Of a DNA stretch of 64,000 bases, positions 9,045 to 18,775 are shown piece by piece. Numbering within the stretch: position 1 is the first letter of the stretch; the number at the start of each line of letters is the position of its first letter. The position numbers and the translations under genes are program-made. The notes beneath the pieces were generated by a model, which did no database searches, was not told the origin of the DNA, and saw nothing but the letters and a program-made list of their open reading frames with translations. Origin of the DNA: Polyangiales bacterium (GTDB lineage: Bacteria; Myxococcota_A; Polyangia; Polyangiales; Ga0077539); contig JBGARZ010000005.1 of NCBI GenBank assembly GCA_044229975.1, positions 416,001-480,000 of the forward strand, in the 5' to 3' direction.

Positions 9045-10214
9045 ATGAGAACCACGGCAAAGTCTGTGCGTCCGAACAAACTGACGACGCTGGCGATAGC
9101 GAGCGTGCTGCTCGTGGGGTGCCCCGACCCGGTGCCCTTGCCCCCGACGAGCTGCCTGCCGGGCGCGCAAACAGAGTGCGCGTGCCCTGGCGGGACCCGC
9201 AGCGTGCAGGTCTGCGGCACCGACCGGGTGCTGGGCCTGTGCCAATGCGGCGGAGACGCTGGGATGGACGTAGCCACTGTCGACGGCGGCGACGCGGGGA
9301 CAGGGGCGTCCGACACGAGCGCCGTGGACCTCGGCGCGGGCGATCTGGGTTCGGCGGACGTTGGTGATCCCGATACGGGTAGCCCTGCGCCGGACATTGG
9401 TAGCCCCACGCTCGACACGGGATCCGGTGCCGATGTGCTCCCGGCCGGGTGCGTCGCAACGACGCCGGGCAACTGCTGCGGGGTCGCGTGCCCCGCGGCC
9501 GACCACGCCTCGCCCGTGTGCGGCGGAGGCACGTGCACGGTGGCCTGTATGGTGGGCTACGCGAGCTGCGACGGCACGCTCACCAACGGCTGCGAGGTGA
9601 CGCTTGCAACGAGCGACGTGCACTGCGGCGGCTGTGGCACCGCATGCGCCATGGGCCAGCGCTGCACCATGGGCATGTGCCAGTGCCCGGCGGGTCAAAC
9701 GCTCTGCGGCGGGCGTTGCGTCAACACGCAGACGGACGCGGCGAACTGTGGCGCCTGCGGAGCACCTTGCGCCGCGGGGGGCGCCTGCGTCGGCGGCGCG
9801 TGCGTGCTTTGCACGGGCGGGCAGACGCCTTGCCCCGGAGCGTGTGTGGACACCCAAACCAACAATGCCCACTGTGGCGGCTGCGGACGCGCCTGTCCGA
9901 GCGGTCAGGGGTGCGTGGCAGGAACGTGTCAGGTCCTCTGCGCCCTTGGCGAGTTCGCCATGTGTTCGCCGTCGGGGTCAGCGCCAAACTGCTGTGCGGA
10001 TGGGCGTACCTGTGGCGTTAGCGGCGTCACGCAGCAGTGCTGCCGTCCCCCTGGCGGGGCGTGTACGGGTCGCGCTGGCTGTTGCTCTCTCGGCACCGTG
10101 ATCTACTGTATGCGAGGTGTCTGCTGCATCAGCAGCGCTGCTTCGGGGTGCACGGAGAACTCGCACTGTTGCAGCAACTCGTGCGGGAGGGTGCGACCCG
10201 GAGTCTGCGATTGA
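9045..10214 (+). CDS. Cys-rich repeat lipoprotein (Stig1/MXAN_6577-like repeats)
   Basis: Lipobox VLLVGC, D/G-rich linker, repeated CVxTQTxxxxCGxCGxAC and DGxxxNGCE units, ggggag SD before ATG 9045. Confidence 0.8.
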   Translation: MRTTAKSVRPNKLTTLAIASVLLVGCPDPVPLPPTSCLPGAQTECACPGGTRSVQVCGTDRVLGLCQCGGDAGMDVATVDGGDAGTGASDTSAVDLGAGDLGSADVGDPDTGSPAPDIGSPTLDTGSGADVLPAGCVATTPGNCCGVACPAADHASPVCGGGTCTVACMVGYASCDGTLTNGCEVTLATSDVHCGGCGTACAMGQRCTMGMCQCPAGQTLCGGRCVNTQTDAANCGACGAPCAAGGACVGGACVLCTGGQTPCPGACVDTQTNNAHCGGCGRACPSGQGCVAGTCQVLCALGEFAMCSPSGSAPNCCADGRTCGVSGVTQQCCRPPGGACTGRAGCCSLGTVIYCMRGVCCISSAASGCTENSHCCSNSCGRVRPGVCD

Positions 10215-10684
10215 TTGGTCGGCCAACGGTGCTGCTGGCGCTACGACGCACCACTGCACGTCCCTCCGAAGGTGCGGTGCAGAACGCCCCAAGTAACAGG
10301 TAGAGCACCGTGACCGCGACGCAGGCGCCGAAGGGCAGCGCGGCGAGCGTGAGGGCCACCAGCACGTGGCCATCGGGCAACACCTCAACCAACGTCGACC
10401 CGCGCGTGAAGCGCGCCGACCGACTCTCGGAGCACCGCCCTTCGACCGCGCGGCAACCAGCGCCTTGAGCGACGGGTACTCCTCCGCGGGCAGCGACTCG
10501 GCGGGCGCCGCGAGCGCTCCCGCGGGAAGCACCCGCAGCCGCCGGACAGCATCACGATGCACAACTCCCCGAGCACCCCGAGGGCGAGGTCACGACGGTT
10601 CACGGTTGCACCTGAGCGGCGACCCCACTCGACCCGGTTGCGGGTGGGTTCTACGCCCCCACGCTGGCGCTTCCTCCCAGGCCG

Positions 10685-10827
10685 GCGGTGGACGTCCTTA
10701 CCCGAAGGGACGCGACCGCCCACGCCCGCGGTCGTCTCCTCCGACGGGGACTCGCTCGCGCGGCGGTCGAGCTCCGACGACCGCGGACGTGGGCGGTCGC
10801 GTCCCTCCGGGTAAGGACGTCCACCGC
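10685..10827. repeat. Long inverted repeat (52-bp arms, 2 mismatches, 39-nt loop); REP/MITE-like
   Basis: 10685-10736 gcggtggacgtccttacccgaagggacgcgaccgcccacgcccgcggtcgtc pairs with 10776-10827. Confidence 0.9.
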
Positions 10828-10849
10828 GGGCGTAGGCGGGTGCTCCTCG

Positions 10850-11893
10850 CTACCGCCGCCGGTCGATGCGCAGCGTCTCCGGGCTCTCGACCGCCCCATC
10901 GGGCATCGCCCACGCGTCGCCCGTCTCCGGCATCCGCGGCTCGCTCTCCCCGTCCAGCGTCTCGGCCAGTCCCACTCGCAGCCCCACCAGGGCCGCGATG
11001 AAGTCCTCCGCCCGCTGGTAGCGCTCCTCCGGGTACCGCGCCATCGCCCGCGCCACGCACGCCACCAGCGCCGCGGGCAGCGTCGGAACCCTCCCCTCCA
11101 ACGCAATGGGCGCCGCGCTGCACGCCTTCATCATGATCTCGCCGGTGTGCGCCCCCTCGAAGGGGAGCGCCCCGCTCAGCATCTCGTAGAGCATCACCCC
11201 GACCCCATAGAGATCAGCCCGGTGGTCGACGCCCGCCGGGTTGAAGATCTGCTCCGGGGCCATGTAGTGGGGCGTCCCCAGCGTCGTGCCCGCCGGGGTC
11301 AATGGCGAGGTGCGCTGCTCGAAGAGCATCTTGCTCGTCCCGAAATCCAGCACTGTCGCCGACTCGCCCCCGTCATCCGTCCGCCGCAGGAAGACGTTCC
11401 CGGGCTTCATGTCGCGATGCACCACGCCGTGCGCGTGGGCCACGCGCAGGCCCTCCAGCACCTGCAACGTCAGCCGCACCGCCCGCGCCGGGGACAGCCG
11501 CTTCTCGCCCAGCAGCGTGATGTGCAGCCCCCTCCCCTGGAGCAGCTCCATCACCAGGTACGCCGTGCCGTCCGCCGCGATGGCGCAGTCGTGCGTCTCG
11601 ATCACGTGCGGTGACCGCAGCGCTCGCGCCGCCCTCGCCTCGCGAACGAACCTCTCCAGCGAGTCATCCCGGTCGGCGATGTCCGGCTTCAGCAGCTTGA
11701 TGGCCACCCGATCGCCCAGCAGCTTGTGCCGCGCCCGATAGACGCTCCCCATGCCGCCGCCGCCGAGAAACCACTCGACCTCGTAGCGGTCGATGGTGGT
11801 GCCGCACGGGCCCACGGTGGTCGGCGTCCCGGTCTTCGGGCACCGCGCAAAATCCTCTGGGTGGTCGTCGCCACACGCCCTGCAATACGCCAT
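10850..11893 (-). CDS. Ser/Thr protein kinase with N-terminal Zn-ribbon, soluble
   Basis: CRAC...CPKTG N-terminus; GGGGMGSVY, VAIK, HRDMKPGN, DFG, GTPHYMAPE and DLYGVG; no TM segment. Confidence 0.92.
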   Translation of the reverse strand: MAYCRACGDDHPEDFARCPKTGTPTTVGPCGTTIDRYEVEWFLGGGGMGSVYRARHKLLGDRVAIKLLKPDIADRDDSLERFVREARAARALRSPHVIETHDCAIAADGTAYLVMELLQGRGLHITLLGEKRLSPARAVRLTLQVLEGLRVAHAHGVVHRDMKPGNVFLRRTDDGGESATVLDFGTSKMLFEQRTSPLTPAGTTLGTPHYMAPEQIFNPAGVDHRADLYGVGVMLYEMLSGALPFEGAHTGEIMMKACSAAPIALEGRVPTLPAALVACVARAMARYPEERYQRAEDFIAALVGLRVGLAETLDGESEPRMPETGDAWAMPDGAVESPETLRIDRRR

Positions 11894-11902
11894 CGCGTTC
11901 GC

Positions 11903-11908
11903 AGTATA
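11903..11908 (-). promoter_or_regulatory. Possible -10 box (TATACT) for a near-leaderless kinase transcript in the 41-bp divergent gap
   Basis: Minus strand reads ggTATACTgcgaacgcgATG; an AT-rich island in a GC-rich context. Confidence 0.35.
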
Positions 11909-11934
11909 CCTTTAGCCCCGCCCAAAACTCCCCG

Positions 11935-14900
11935 ATGACGACACCCTCCATTCCCCTCCGCGTCCAGCTCCTGCGTCTGCGCCTCACCAGCGGGCGCACG
12001 CTGCTGCTCCCCATCGCCGATCCGCGCCACGCCGTGGTCGCCGAGGAGTCCGACGCCCTCCTCGAAGCACAGCTCTTCCTCTCCGAGTGGCTCGCCACCC
12101 AAGCGCCCTCCGTCGTCGGCGGCTTCATCGCCAACCCCAACGCCCGCGTCGAGTACGTGCCCGTCCCCCTCACCCGCGAAGACCTCCCGCGGCGATTCCG
12201 TGAGCCCGTCATCGTCTGCGTCCCCTGCGTGGTTCTGCCCGAAAACAACCGCTCGTGGGTGTTCGTCGCGCCGCTGGAGACCGTCGTCTACGTCGGCCCC
12301 AACGCCTCGCTCGCCGAGACCGTCGGCGCGGAGGTCAGCCGCCTCGTCGACGCCTGGGAACTCCCCCCCGACCGCCGCCTCGACCTCTTCCCCCTCCCCG
12401 GCGCCGAGCTCGTCGCCACCGACCTCGTCGTCGAGCGCCGCCACGGCCGCGGCCCCGACGGCGAAGCCTCGCGCCCCCGCGAGCGCGCCCGCTCCGAAGA
12501 GAAGGCCGCCGCCCTCGAAGCCCTGCGATCCATCGGCAACGCCCTCGACGAGCGCGAGGCGACCACCCTCGCCCACCGCGACGACGCGCTCCGAACGCTC
12601 TCCGCCCTCCTCGACGGCACTCAACGGCAGTCGGTGTTGCTCACGGGCGCGTCGCTCGTGGGTCGCTCGGCGCTGCTGCGCGCCTGGGTCGCCCGGCGCA
12701 AGGCCGACGGTCGCCCGGCGACGGCGTTCGTGACGAGCGGCGCGCAGCTCCTCGCGGGCATGAGCGGCCTCGGTCAGTGGGAAGCCCGCTTGAAGAAGGT
12801 GCTCGACGCCGCCGAGCTGCTCGACGCGGTGCTGGTCTTCGACAACCTGGGCGAGCTGCTCACCGATCGACCGTCGGGCGGGGTCAACCTCGCCGCCGCG
12901 CTACGACCCGCGCTCGAAGAGGGCCGCGTGCGGTTGGTGGGCGAGCTCCGCGACGACCTCGTCGACGCTGGCGAGCGCCACCACGGCAGCTTCCTCGGCA
13001 ACTTCACCCGGCTGCGCGTGGAGCCGCTCACCGCGGCGCAGACCCTCGACGCCCTCCAACAGCGGGCGGCGCAGGAGGCGAAGGCGCAGCGCGACGGTCC
13101 GGCCCTCACGCGTGATGGCGCCGAGACGGTGGTGGACCTCGCGGCGCGCTACATGGCCTACGACGCCTTTCCGGGGAAGGCGTTTCGCCTGCTCGACGAG
13201 CTGCGCGCGGTGGTCGAGAGCGACCGCGACCTCACCACCGCCCACACCCCGGCGATGGACCGCGACCTCGTACAGCGGGCGTTCAGTCGGCAGAGCGGGA
13301 TACCGGCGTTCATCTTGAGGGACGACCTCGCGATGCGGGTGGAGGAGGTCACCGCGTCGCTACAGAAGCGCATCGTGGGACAGACCGCAGCGGTGCGCGC
13401 GATGGCGCAGACCCTCGGTGTGGTGAAGGCCGGGATGCAGCGGGGCGGACGACCGCTCGCGTGTCTGCTCTTCGTCGGTCCGACGGGCGTCGGCAAGACC
13501 GAGCTCGCCCGCGCGACGGCGCACCTGCTGTACGGCAGCGACGAGCGGATGATCCGCTTCGACATGAGCGAGTACACCGACCTCGAAGCGGCCGATCGTC
13601 TCATCCGCGGGGTGCGCGGCGCGGAGGGCCTGCTCACGCGGCGCATCCGCGAGCAGCCCTTCGGCGTGCTGCTGCTCGACGAGGTGGAGAAGGCCCACCC
13701 GGCGGTGTTCGACCTGCTGTTGCAGGTGCTCGGCGAGGGCCGCCTCACCGACGGCCAGGGGCGAACGGCCTACTTCCACAACGCCATCGTGGTGATGACG
13801 AGCAACCTCGGCGCGACGGGCATGCGCGACCCGGTTGGCATCGGGCAGGCGCCCGCGGACATGGGCGCCCACTACCTGCGCGCGGTGGAGTCGACGTTTC
13901 GACCCGAGTTCATCAACCGGCTCGATCGGGTGATTCCCTTCGACGCGCTGGGTGCGGCGGAGGTGCGCGCGGTGGCGACCATGACGCTCACGAAGCTGGC
14001 GCAGCGACGCGGTCTCGACGGCGTGACGCTGACCGTGAGCGACGCGGCCGTCGACCACCTGAGCGCGCGCGGATACTCCAACCGCTACGGCGCGCGGGCG
14101 ATGCGTCGGCACCTCGAAGACCACCTCGTGGCACCCGTCGCGGGCCTCGCCAACGACGCGGTGAACCCCGGCGAGACGCTGCTCGCCGTGCGGGTGTCGC
14201 TGCCGTCGGAGCCGGCGGAGGCACGCGCCGAGGGCTACCGGGACGAGGTCGTGGTGGGCGGCCTGCGGGTGGAGGTGTGGGCGGCGGCGCCACGTGAGGG
14301 CCACGAAGCAGCAGCGCTACGAACGGAGCTGGCGACGCACCGACGCTGGGTCGACGCGGCGCTCAAGCTGCCGCGCATCGACGGCATCCGCAGCCAGGTG
14401 GAGCACCTGCGGGCGCAGCTCTCGTACCGGGCGGCGGGGACAACGACCGGGACGGGTGAGCGCAACGCGTTGCAGCGCGAACACCACCAGTTGGACACGC
14501 ACTGGACGGCGCTCACGCGCTTGCAGCACGAGCTGTGGTCGCTGGAGGAGCTCGGCCTGGAGGGGCACCTCGGTCGCGACGAGGCGAAGGAGCTGCGCGC
14601 CGAAGCGGAGGCGGTGCGCGAGCGCTTCGAGGTGGCGCTGGCCGAGGCGATGCTGTCGTCGGTGGTGGGGCGCAACGGCGTAGTGCTCATGGTCTCGGAG
14701 CTCGACGACACCCGCGGGCTGGAGCCGTGGCTGGAGGGCTACGACGTGGCGTGCGAGGCGCGACGGTGGACCCTCGACGCGCACCTCATCGACATGGCCC
14801 CCGAGCGGGGCGACGAGTGGCCGGCGGAGCGACGGTGGGGGCCGCCGCGCAAGCTGCGGACGGTGCTCGACCTGCTACGCGCGGAGGAGGATCGCGGACC

Positions 14901-15309
14901 GAAGAGCGTGGTGCTGGAGGTGGAGGGTGTGCATTCGGGGGTGCTGCTGGCGCTGGAGCGCGGGCTGCACGTGCGGCGCGAGGGGGACCATCGGTCGGTG
15001 GTCGAGGTGCGGCTCCTCACGCGGGGCCTCGGGCTCGACGACAAGGAGTGGGCGCACGCGGCGCTGGTTCCGCCGATGCCGACGGACTTCGAGGCGCTGG
15101 GCAAGCGGCCCGCGGCGCGCACGACGTGGGTCGACCTGTATGTGCAGACGCCAGGGATGCGGAAGGTGGAGCTGCGCAAGGGCCAGCACGCGCACGAGGT
15201 CATCGAGCGCGTGGCGTGTCAGCACCTGTTGGAGTTGGAGTTCGACCCCGACGCGCAGCCCCTGGAGGAGCTCATGGAAGGCCCGCTCGACGAGGGGAAC
15301 GAGGGGTGA
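11935..15309 (+). CDS. ClpA/B-like double-AAA+ ATPase 1 with C-terminal release-factor-like (PCRF-like) domain
   Basis: D1 is degenerate (GASLVGRS, VFDNL). D2 has GPTGVGKT, FDMSEY, LLDEVEKAH, GRLTD, MTSNLG, FRPEFINRLD and YGAR. Tail contains SVVLEVEG...LALERGLHV. Confidence 0.85.
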   Translation: MTTPSIPLRVQLLRLRLTSGRTLLLPIADPRHAVVAEESDALLEAQLFLSEWLATQAPSVVGGFIANPNARVEYVPVPLTREDLPRRFREPVIVCVPCVVLPENNRSWVFVAPLETVVYVGPNASLAETVGAEVSRLVDAWELPPDRRLDLFPLPGAELVATDLVVERRHGRGPDGEASRPRERARSEEKAAALEALRSIGNALDEREATTLAHRDDALRTLSALLDGTQRQSVLLTGASLVGRSALLRAWVARRKADGRPATAFVTSGAQLLAGMSGLGQWEARLKKVLDAAELLDAVLVFDNLGELLTDRPSGGVNLAAALRPALEEGRVRLVGELRDDLVDAGERHHGSFLGNFTRLRVEPLTAAQTLDALQQRAAQEAKAQRDGPALTRDGAETVVDLAARYMAYDAFPGKAFRLLDELRAVVESDRDLTTAHTPAMDRDLVQRAFSRQSGIPAFILRDDLAMRVEEVTASLQKRIVGQTAAVRAMAQTLGVVKAGMQRGGRPLACLLFVGPTGVGKTELARATAHLLYGSDERMIRFDMSEYTDLEAADRLIRGVRGAEGLLTRRIREQPFGVLLLDEVEKAHPAVFDLLLQVLGEGRLTDGQGRTAYFHNAIVVMTSNLGATGMRDPVGIGQAPADMGAHYLRAVESTFRPEFINRLDRVIPFDALGAAEVRAVATMTLTKLAQRRGLDGVTLTVSDAAVDHLSARGYSNRYGARAMRRHLEDHLVAPVAGLANDAVNPGETLLAVRVSLPSEPAEARAEGYRDEVVVGGLRVEVWAAAPREGHEAAALRTELATHRRWVDAALKLPRIDGIRSQVEHLRAQLSYRAAGTTTGTGERNALQREHHQLDTHWTALTRLQHELWSLEELGLEGHLGRDEAKELRAEAEAVRERFEVALAEAMLSSVVGRNGVVLMVSELDDTRGLEPWLEGYDVACEARRWTLDAHLIDMAPERGDEWPAERRWGPPRKLRTVLDLLRAEEDRGPKSVVLEVEGVHSGVLLALERGLHVRREGDHRSVVEVRLLTRGLGLDDKEWAHAALVPPMPTDFEALGKRPAARTTWVDLYVQTPGMRKVELRKGQHAHEVIERVACQHLLELEFDPDAQPLEELMEGPLDEGNEG

Positions 15310-15451
15310 CGTAGCCCGCTAGCAGACCGGGGTTGGTCGCGTCCCGCGCCTGCACCCCGGCACGCGAGCGGGTCCCGCGAGATGTGGCCCGCGACCGGGC
15401 GCGACGTCGTTCCCCCATTCCGACCCTGGATGACGTTATGGTCCGCGCTCC

Positions 15452-18400
15452 ATGGAGGTACGGCTCACCGTCTATCATGTGCGCGAGGGGCAGCGGGTGC
15501 TGTGGGCCCCGCTCGGCCTCGGCGCGCTCTTCCACCGCTTCGAGGGCGCCCACGAGAACAAGCTCCGCGACCAGCTCTCCGTGCACTACCGCGAGGTGCT
15601 GCGCGAGCTCCCCACGGCCGACGTCGCGCGCTTCGAGCTCTCCCGCGGGGCGCGGCTCACCTCCGTACGCGTCGACCTCACGCTCCAGTCCGAGGGCAAG
15701 CGCCACAAGCGCTCGATGACCGTCCCGCTCGTGCTGCTCTCGCGGTGGGTCGGACCGACGCCGCGCGTGACCGTGGCCTTCCACCCGCTGCGCCAAGGCG
15801 ACTGGTTCGCCTTCCGGCCCGAGCACGGAACGCTCGCCGAACACGCCGCGGGGTGCTTCAGCGAGCTGTGGGCGGGCCTCGATCAGGAGACCCTCGACGG
15901 CCTGCGCCACCGACCGCGGTCGGGGTTGCGGGTGGTCTCCTTCAACGCCGCCACGCGCTCCATCCTCGACACGCTCAAGCCCGAGAGCGCCGACCCGCGC
16001 GGCGAGCGGCCGCCCTCGGAGGCCGAGCTCTCGCAGCGACGAACCGGCTACCGCGTGCTCCCGCGCATCGGCGACAACCTCACCCGCCGCGCCATCGACG
16101 GCGACCTCCCCGTGCCCGAGCACGCCTCGCCCGTGCGCGAACGCCTCCGCGCCCAGGTGAGCGCGTCGCCCCCGCGCAGCGTCGTGCTCATCGGGCCGTC
16201 GGGCTCCGGGCGCACCACCGCGCTGCGCGGCCTCGTGCACGACCTGCTGACGGCCGACGACTTCGGCGCCCATCAAAACGCCGACAAGGTGCGCGCCGTC
16301 TGGCAGGTGAGCGGCACGCGCATCATCGCGGGGATGTCCTTCCTCGGCGACTGGGAGGAGCGCTGCGGCGACGTGCTGACGGACGTTCGCACGCGGCGCG
16401 CGGTGCTCGCCGTGGGCGACCTGCACCAGTGGGGACGCGTCGGCCGGTCGAGGGACAGCGACCGCAACCTGGCGGAGTTCTTCCGGGCGCCGGTGTCGCG
16501 CGGGGAGTGCGTGCTGCTGGGCGAGTGCACGGTCGAGCAGTGGCGGCAGTTGGAGGAGGACGCGCCGGCCTTCGCGGCGGCGTTTACCCGCGTGGCGATG
16601 CCCGAGACGTCGGCCGCGGAGACGATGCGGATGCTGCTCCACGAGTCGCGCTCGCTGGAGCTCACCTACGGCATGCGCATCCCCGCCGAGGGCCTGCGCA
16701 CGCTGCTGGAGGTGGGCGGTCCGCTGTTTCCGCACCGGGCGTTGCCGGGGAGGGTGTTCGACCTCCTGCACGCGGCGCTGCGCGACTGCAACGGGGCCTC
16801 CATGGCGAGCGAGGACGACCTTCCGCTGCAACGCGCCGAGGCGCTCTCGCGGGCGGGCGCGCCGACCTTCAGCGAAGACAGCGCCCTCGACTGGATCTCC
16901 ACGCGCACCGGCTTTCCGCTCGGTCTCCTGCGCACGGACATCCCGCTGTCTGCCAACGACGTGCGCGCGGCGATGACAGACCGGGTGCTGGGACAGCCCG
17001 CCGGGGTCGAGGCCGTGGTCGACCTCGCGATGCGTATTCGCCAGGGGCTGAGCGACCCGAAGCGACCGCTGGCCGTGTACCTGTTCACGGGACCGACGGG
17101 CACCGGCAAGACCGAGCTCGCGCGGGCCATGGCGGCGTTTCTGTACAGCTCCCCGGAGAGGCTGTTGCGCCTCGACATGGGCGAGTACGCGACGGCCGAC
17201 GCGGCGGCGCGGCTCATCGGCGATCGGTGGTCCCCGGAGGGTCTGCTCACCCGACACGCGGCGCAGCAGCCCTTCGGCGTGGTGCTCTTCGACGAGATCG
17301 AGAAGGCCCATCCGCAGGTGCACAACCTGCTGCTCCAGCTCTTCGACGAGGGACGCCTCACCGACGCGGGTGGGGTCACGGCCAACTTCACCCACGCGGT
17401 CATCGTGATGACCTCCAACCTGGGCGCGCGGCGCGAGTCCGTGGTGGGCGTCGGCGTCGATCCGGTGGCGTCGTCGCACGACCACCTGCGCGCGGTGCAG
17501 GAGTTCTTTCCGCCGGAGCTGTTCAACCGCATCGACCGGGTGGTGGCCTTCTCGGCGCTCACGCCGGAGGTCGCGCGGGTGGTCGCGTCGCGGGAGCTCA
17601 CCCGGCTCGCCGCCCGCCCCGGACTGGTCGATCGCGGGGTGTTCGTGTCGTGGACCGACGCGCTGCTCGATCGTGTGGTGAGCGAGGCCTTTCGCGCGGA
17701 GGACGGCGCCCGCTCGCTCAAGCGCTACCTCGAAGACCGCGTCGGATCGGCGCTCACCGACCACCTCGTGCGAGAACCGCGGGCCGACCTGACGCTCCTG
17801 CGCGTGGACGTGGGTGACGCGCCGGGCAGCTTCACGATGAACGCGCGAGCGCTGCGCGAGGCCGAGCCGTTGGCGGCGCGGTATCCGTTGGAGGAGCTCG
17901 CGGAGGCCGACCGCGCGACGCTGGCGACGAGGGTGCGCCGGGCGTTGGTGGTGCTGGAGTCGGCGATGGGCTCGACGGACTTCGAGGAGCTGTCGCGGAA
18001 GATCCACGAGCGGGTGGAGGCGCACCGGGCGGGCGACCGCGCGGCGAGCGACTCCGCGTTTCACCTGGACGCGTTGCGCGCGCACGGCGACGCGCTGCAC
18101 GAGCGGCTCACGACGCTGGCGCGAAGGGTGTCCGAGGCGACGGACTGGGAGCTCGCGGAGGTCGACGCGGAGGGACGGCTCACCTACGGGGTGGACCAGC
18201 TCCCGGTGCGGGCCGAGCTGCTGGCGGCGATCGCGGAGGTGGCGGCGCTCACGCGAGCATTGCGAGAGGTGGACGACCCGACGCAGCACGCGGTGATGAT
18301 CACGCTGAGCCCGCTGGAGGGCGTCGGCAGCAGCATGGTGGGGCTCATCAACGCGCTGGCGTACGTGTACAGCCGGGCGCGCGGAAGGGTCGAAGCGAGC

Positions 18401-18775
18401 GGGGCGGACTCGGTGCGCGGGCAGCGGATCGCGCTGAAGGTGGTGGGGCTGTCGGTGCGGTCGTTCTTCGAGCACGAGGAGGGGGTGCACCTGTGGCACA
18501 CGCCCGACGGGCCGCCGATGATCGCGGTGGTGCGGGTGCGTCCGGCGCTGGCGGGCGAGACCCCGGAAGACGCGCTCGCGACGCTGGACCGCGACTTCGA
18601 TCCGGCGCTGCGGGTGGTGCGATCGATCCGCTACGACCCGACGCGGCGACCGGGCCCGCTGACGCTGGAGGACTACGTGATGGGCACCACCCGCGCGGTG
18701 AGCGCATCGCGCGTGACGGACCCGCTGCCCGCCCTCTGGATGGCCCGCATGGCGCGCGAGGAGGAGGCGTCGTGA
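15452..18775 (+). CDS. ClpA/B-like double-AAA+ ATPase 2 with C-terminal release-factor-like domain
   Basis: D1 GPSGSGRT / AVGDL. D2 GPTGTGKT, FDEIEKAH, GRLTD, PELFNRID and GAR. Tail IALKVVG...FEHEEGVHLW...VVRSIRY...EDYVMG. Confidence 0.85.
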   Translation: MEVRLTVYHVREGQRVLWAPLGLGALFHRFEGAHENKLRDQLSVHYREVLRELPTADVARFELSRGARLTSVRVDLTLQSEGKRHKRSMTVPLVLLSRWVGPTPRVTVAFHPLRQGDWFAFRPEHGTLAEHAAGCFSELWAGLDQETLDGLRHRPRSGLRVVSFNAATRSILDTLKPESADPRGERPPSEAELSQRRTGYRVLPRIGDNLTRRAIDGDLPVPEHASPVRERLRAQVSASPPRSVVLIGPSGSGRTTALRGLVHDLLTADDFGAHQNADKVRAVWQVSGTRIIAGMSFLGDWEERCGDVLTDVRTRRAVLAVGDLHQWGRVGRSRDSDRNLAEFFRAPVSRGECVLLGECTVEQWRQLEEDAPAFAAAFTRVAMPETSAAETMRMLLHESRSLELTYGMRIPAEGLRTLLEVGGPLFPHRALPGRVFDLLHAALRDCNGASMASEDDLPLQRAEALSRAGAPTFSEDSALDWISTRTGFPLGLLRTDIPLSANDVRAAMTDRVLGQPAGVEAVVDLAMRIRQGLSDPKRPLAVYLFTGPTGTGKTELARAMAAFLYSSPERLLRLDMGEYATADAAARLIGDRWSPEGLLTRHAAQQPFGVVLFDEIEKAHPQVHNLLLQLFDEGRLTDAGGVTANFTHAVIVMTSNLGARRESVVGVGVDPVASSHDHLRAVQEFFPPELFNRIDRVVAFSALTPEVARVVASRELTRLAARPGLVDRGVFVSWTDALLDRVVSEAFRAEDGARSLKRYLEDRVGSALTDHLVREPRADLTLLRVDVGDAPGSFTMNARALREAEPLAARYPLEELAEADRATLATRVRRALVVLESAMGSTDFEELSRKIHERVEAHRAGDRAASDSAFHLDALRAHGDALHERLTTLARRVSEATDWELAEVDAEGRLTYGVDQLPVRAELLAAIAEVAALTRALREVDDPTQHAVMITLSPLEGVGSSMVGLINALAYVYSRARGRVEASGADSVRGQRIALKVVGLSVRSFFEHEEGVHLWHTPDGPPMIAVVRVRPALAGETPEDALATLDRDFDPALRVVRSIRYDPTRRPGPLTLEDYVMGTTRAVSASRVTDPLPALWMARMAREEEAS

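Noticed and set aside
10230..10620. Possible frameshifted small membrane-protein remnant on the minus strand
   Set aside because: Protein-like fragments occur in two frames, but I recognise no family or clear start. This cannot be supported without a homology search.
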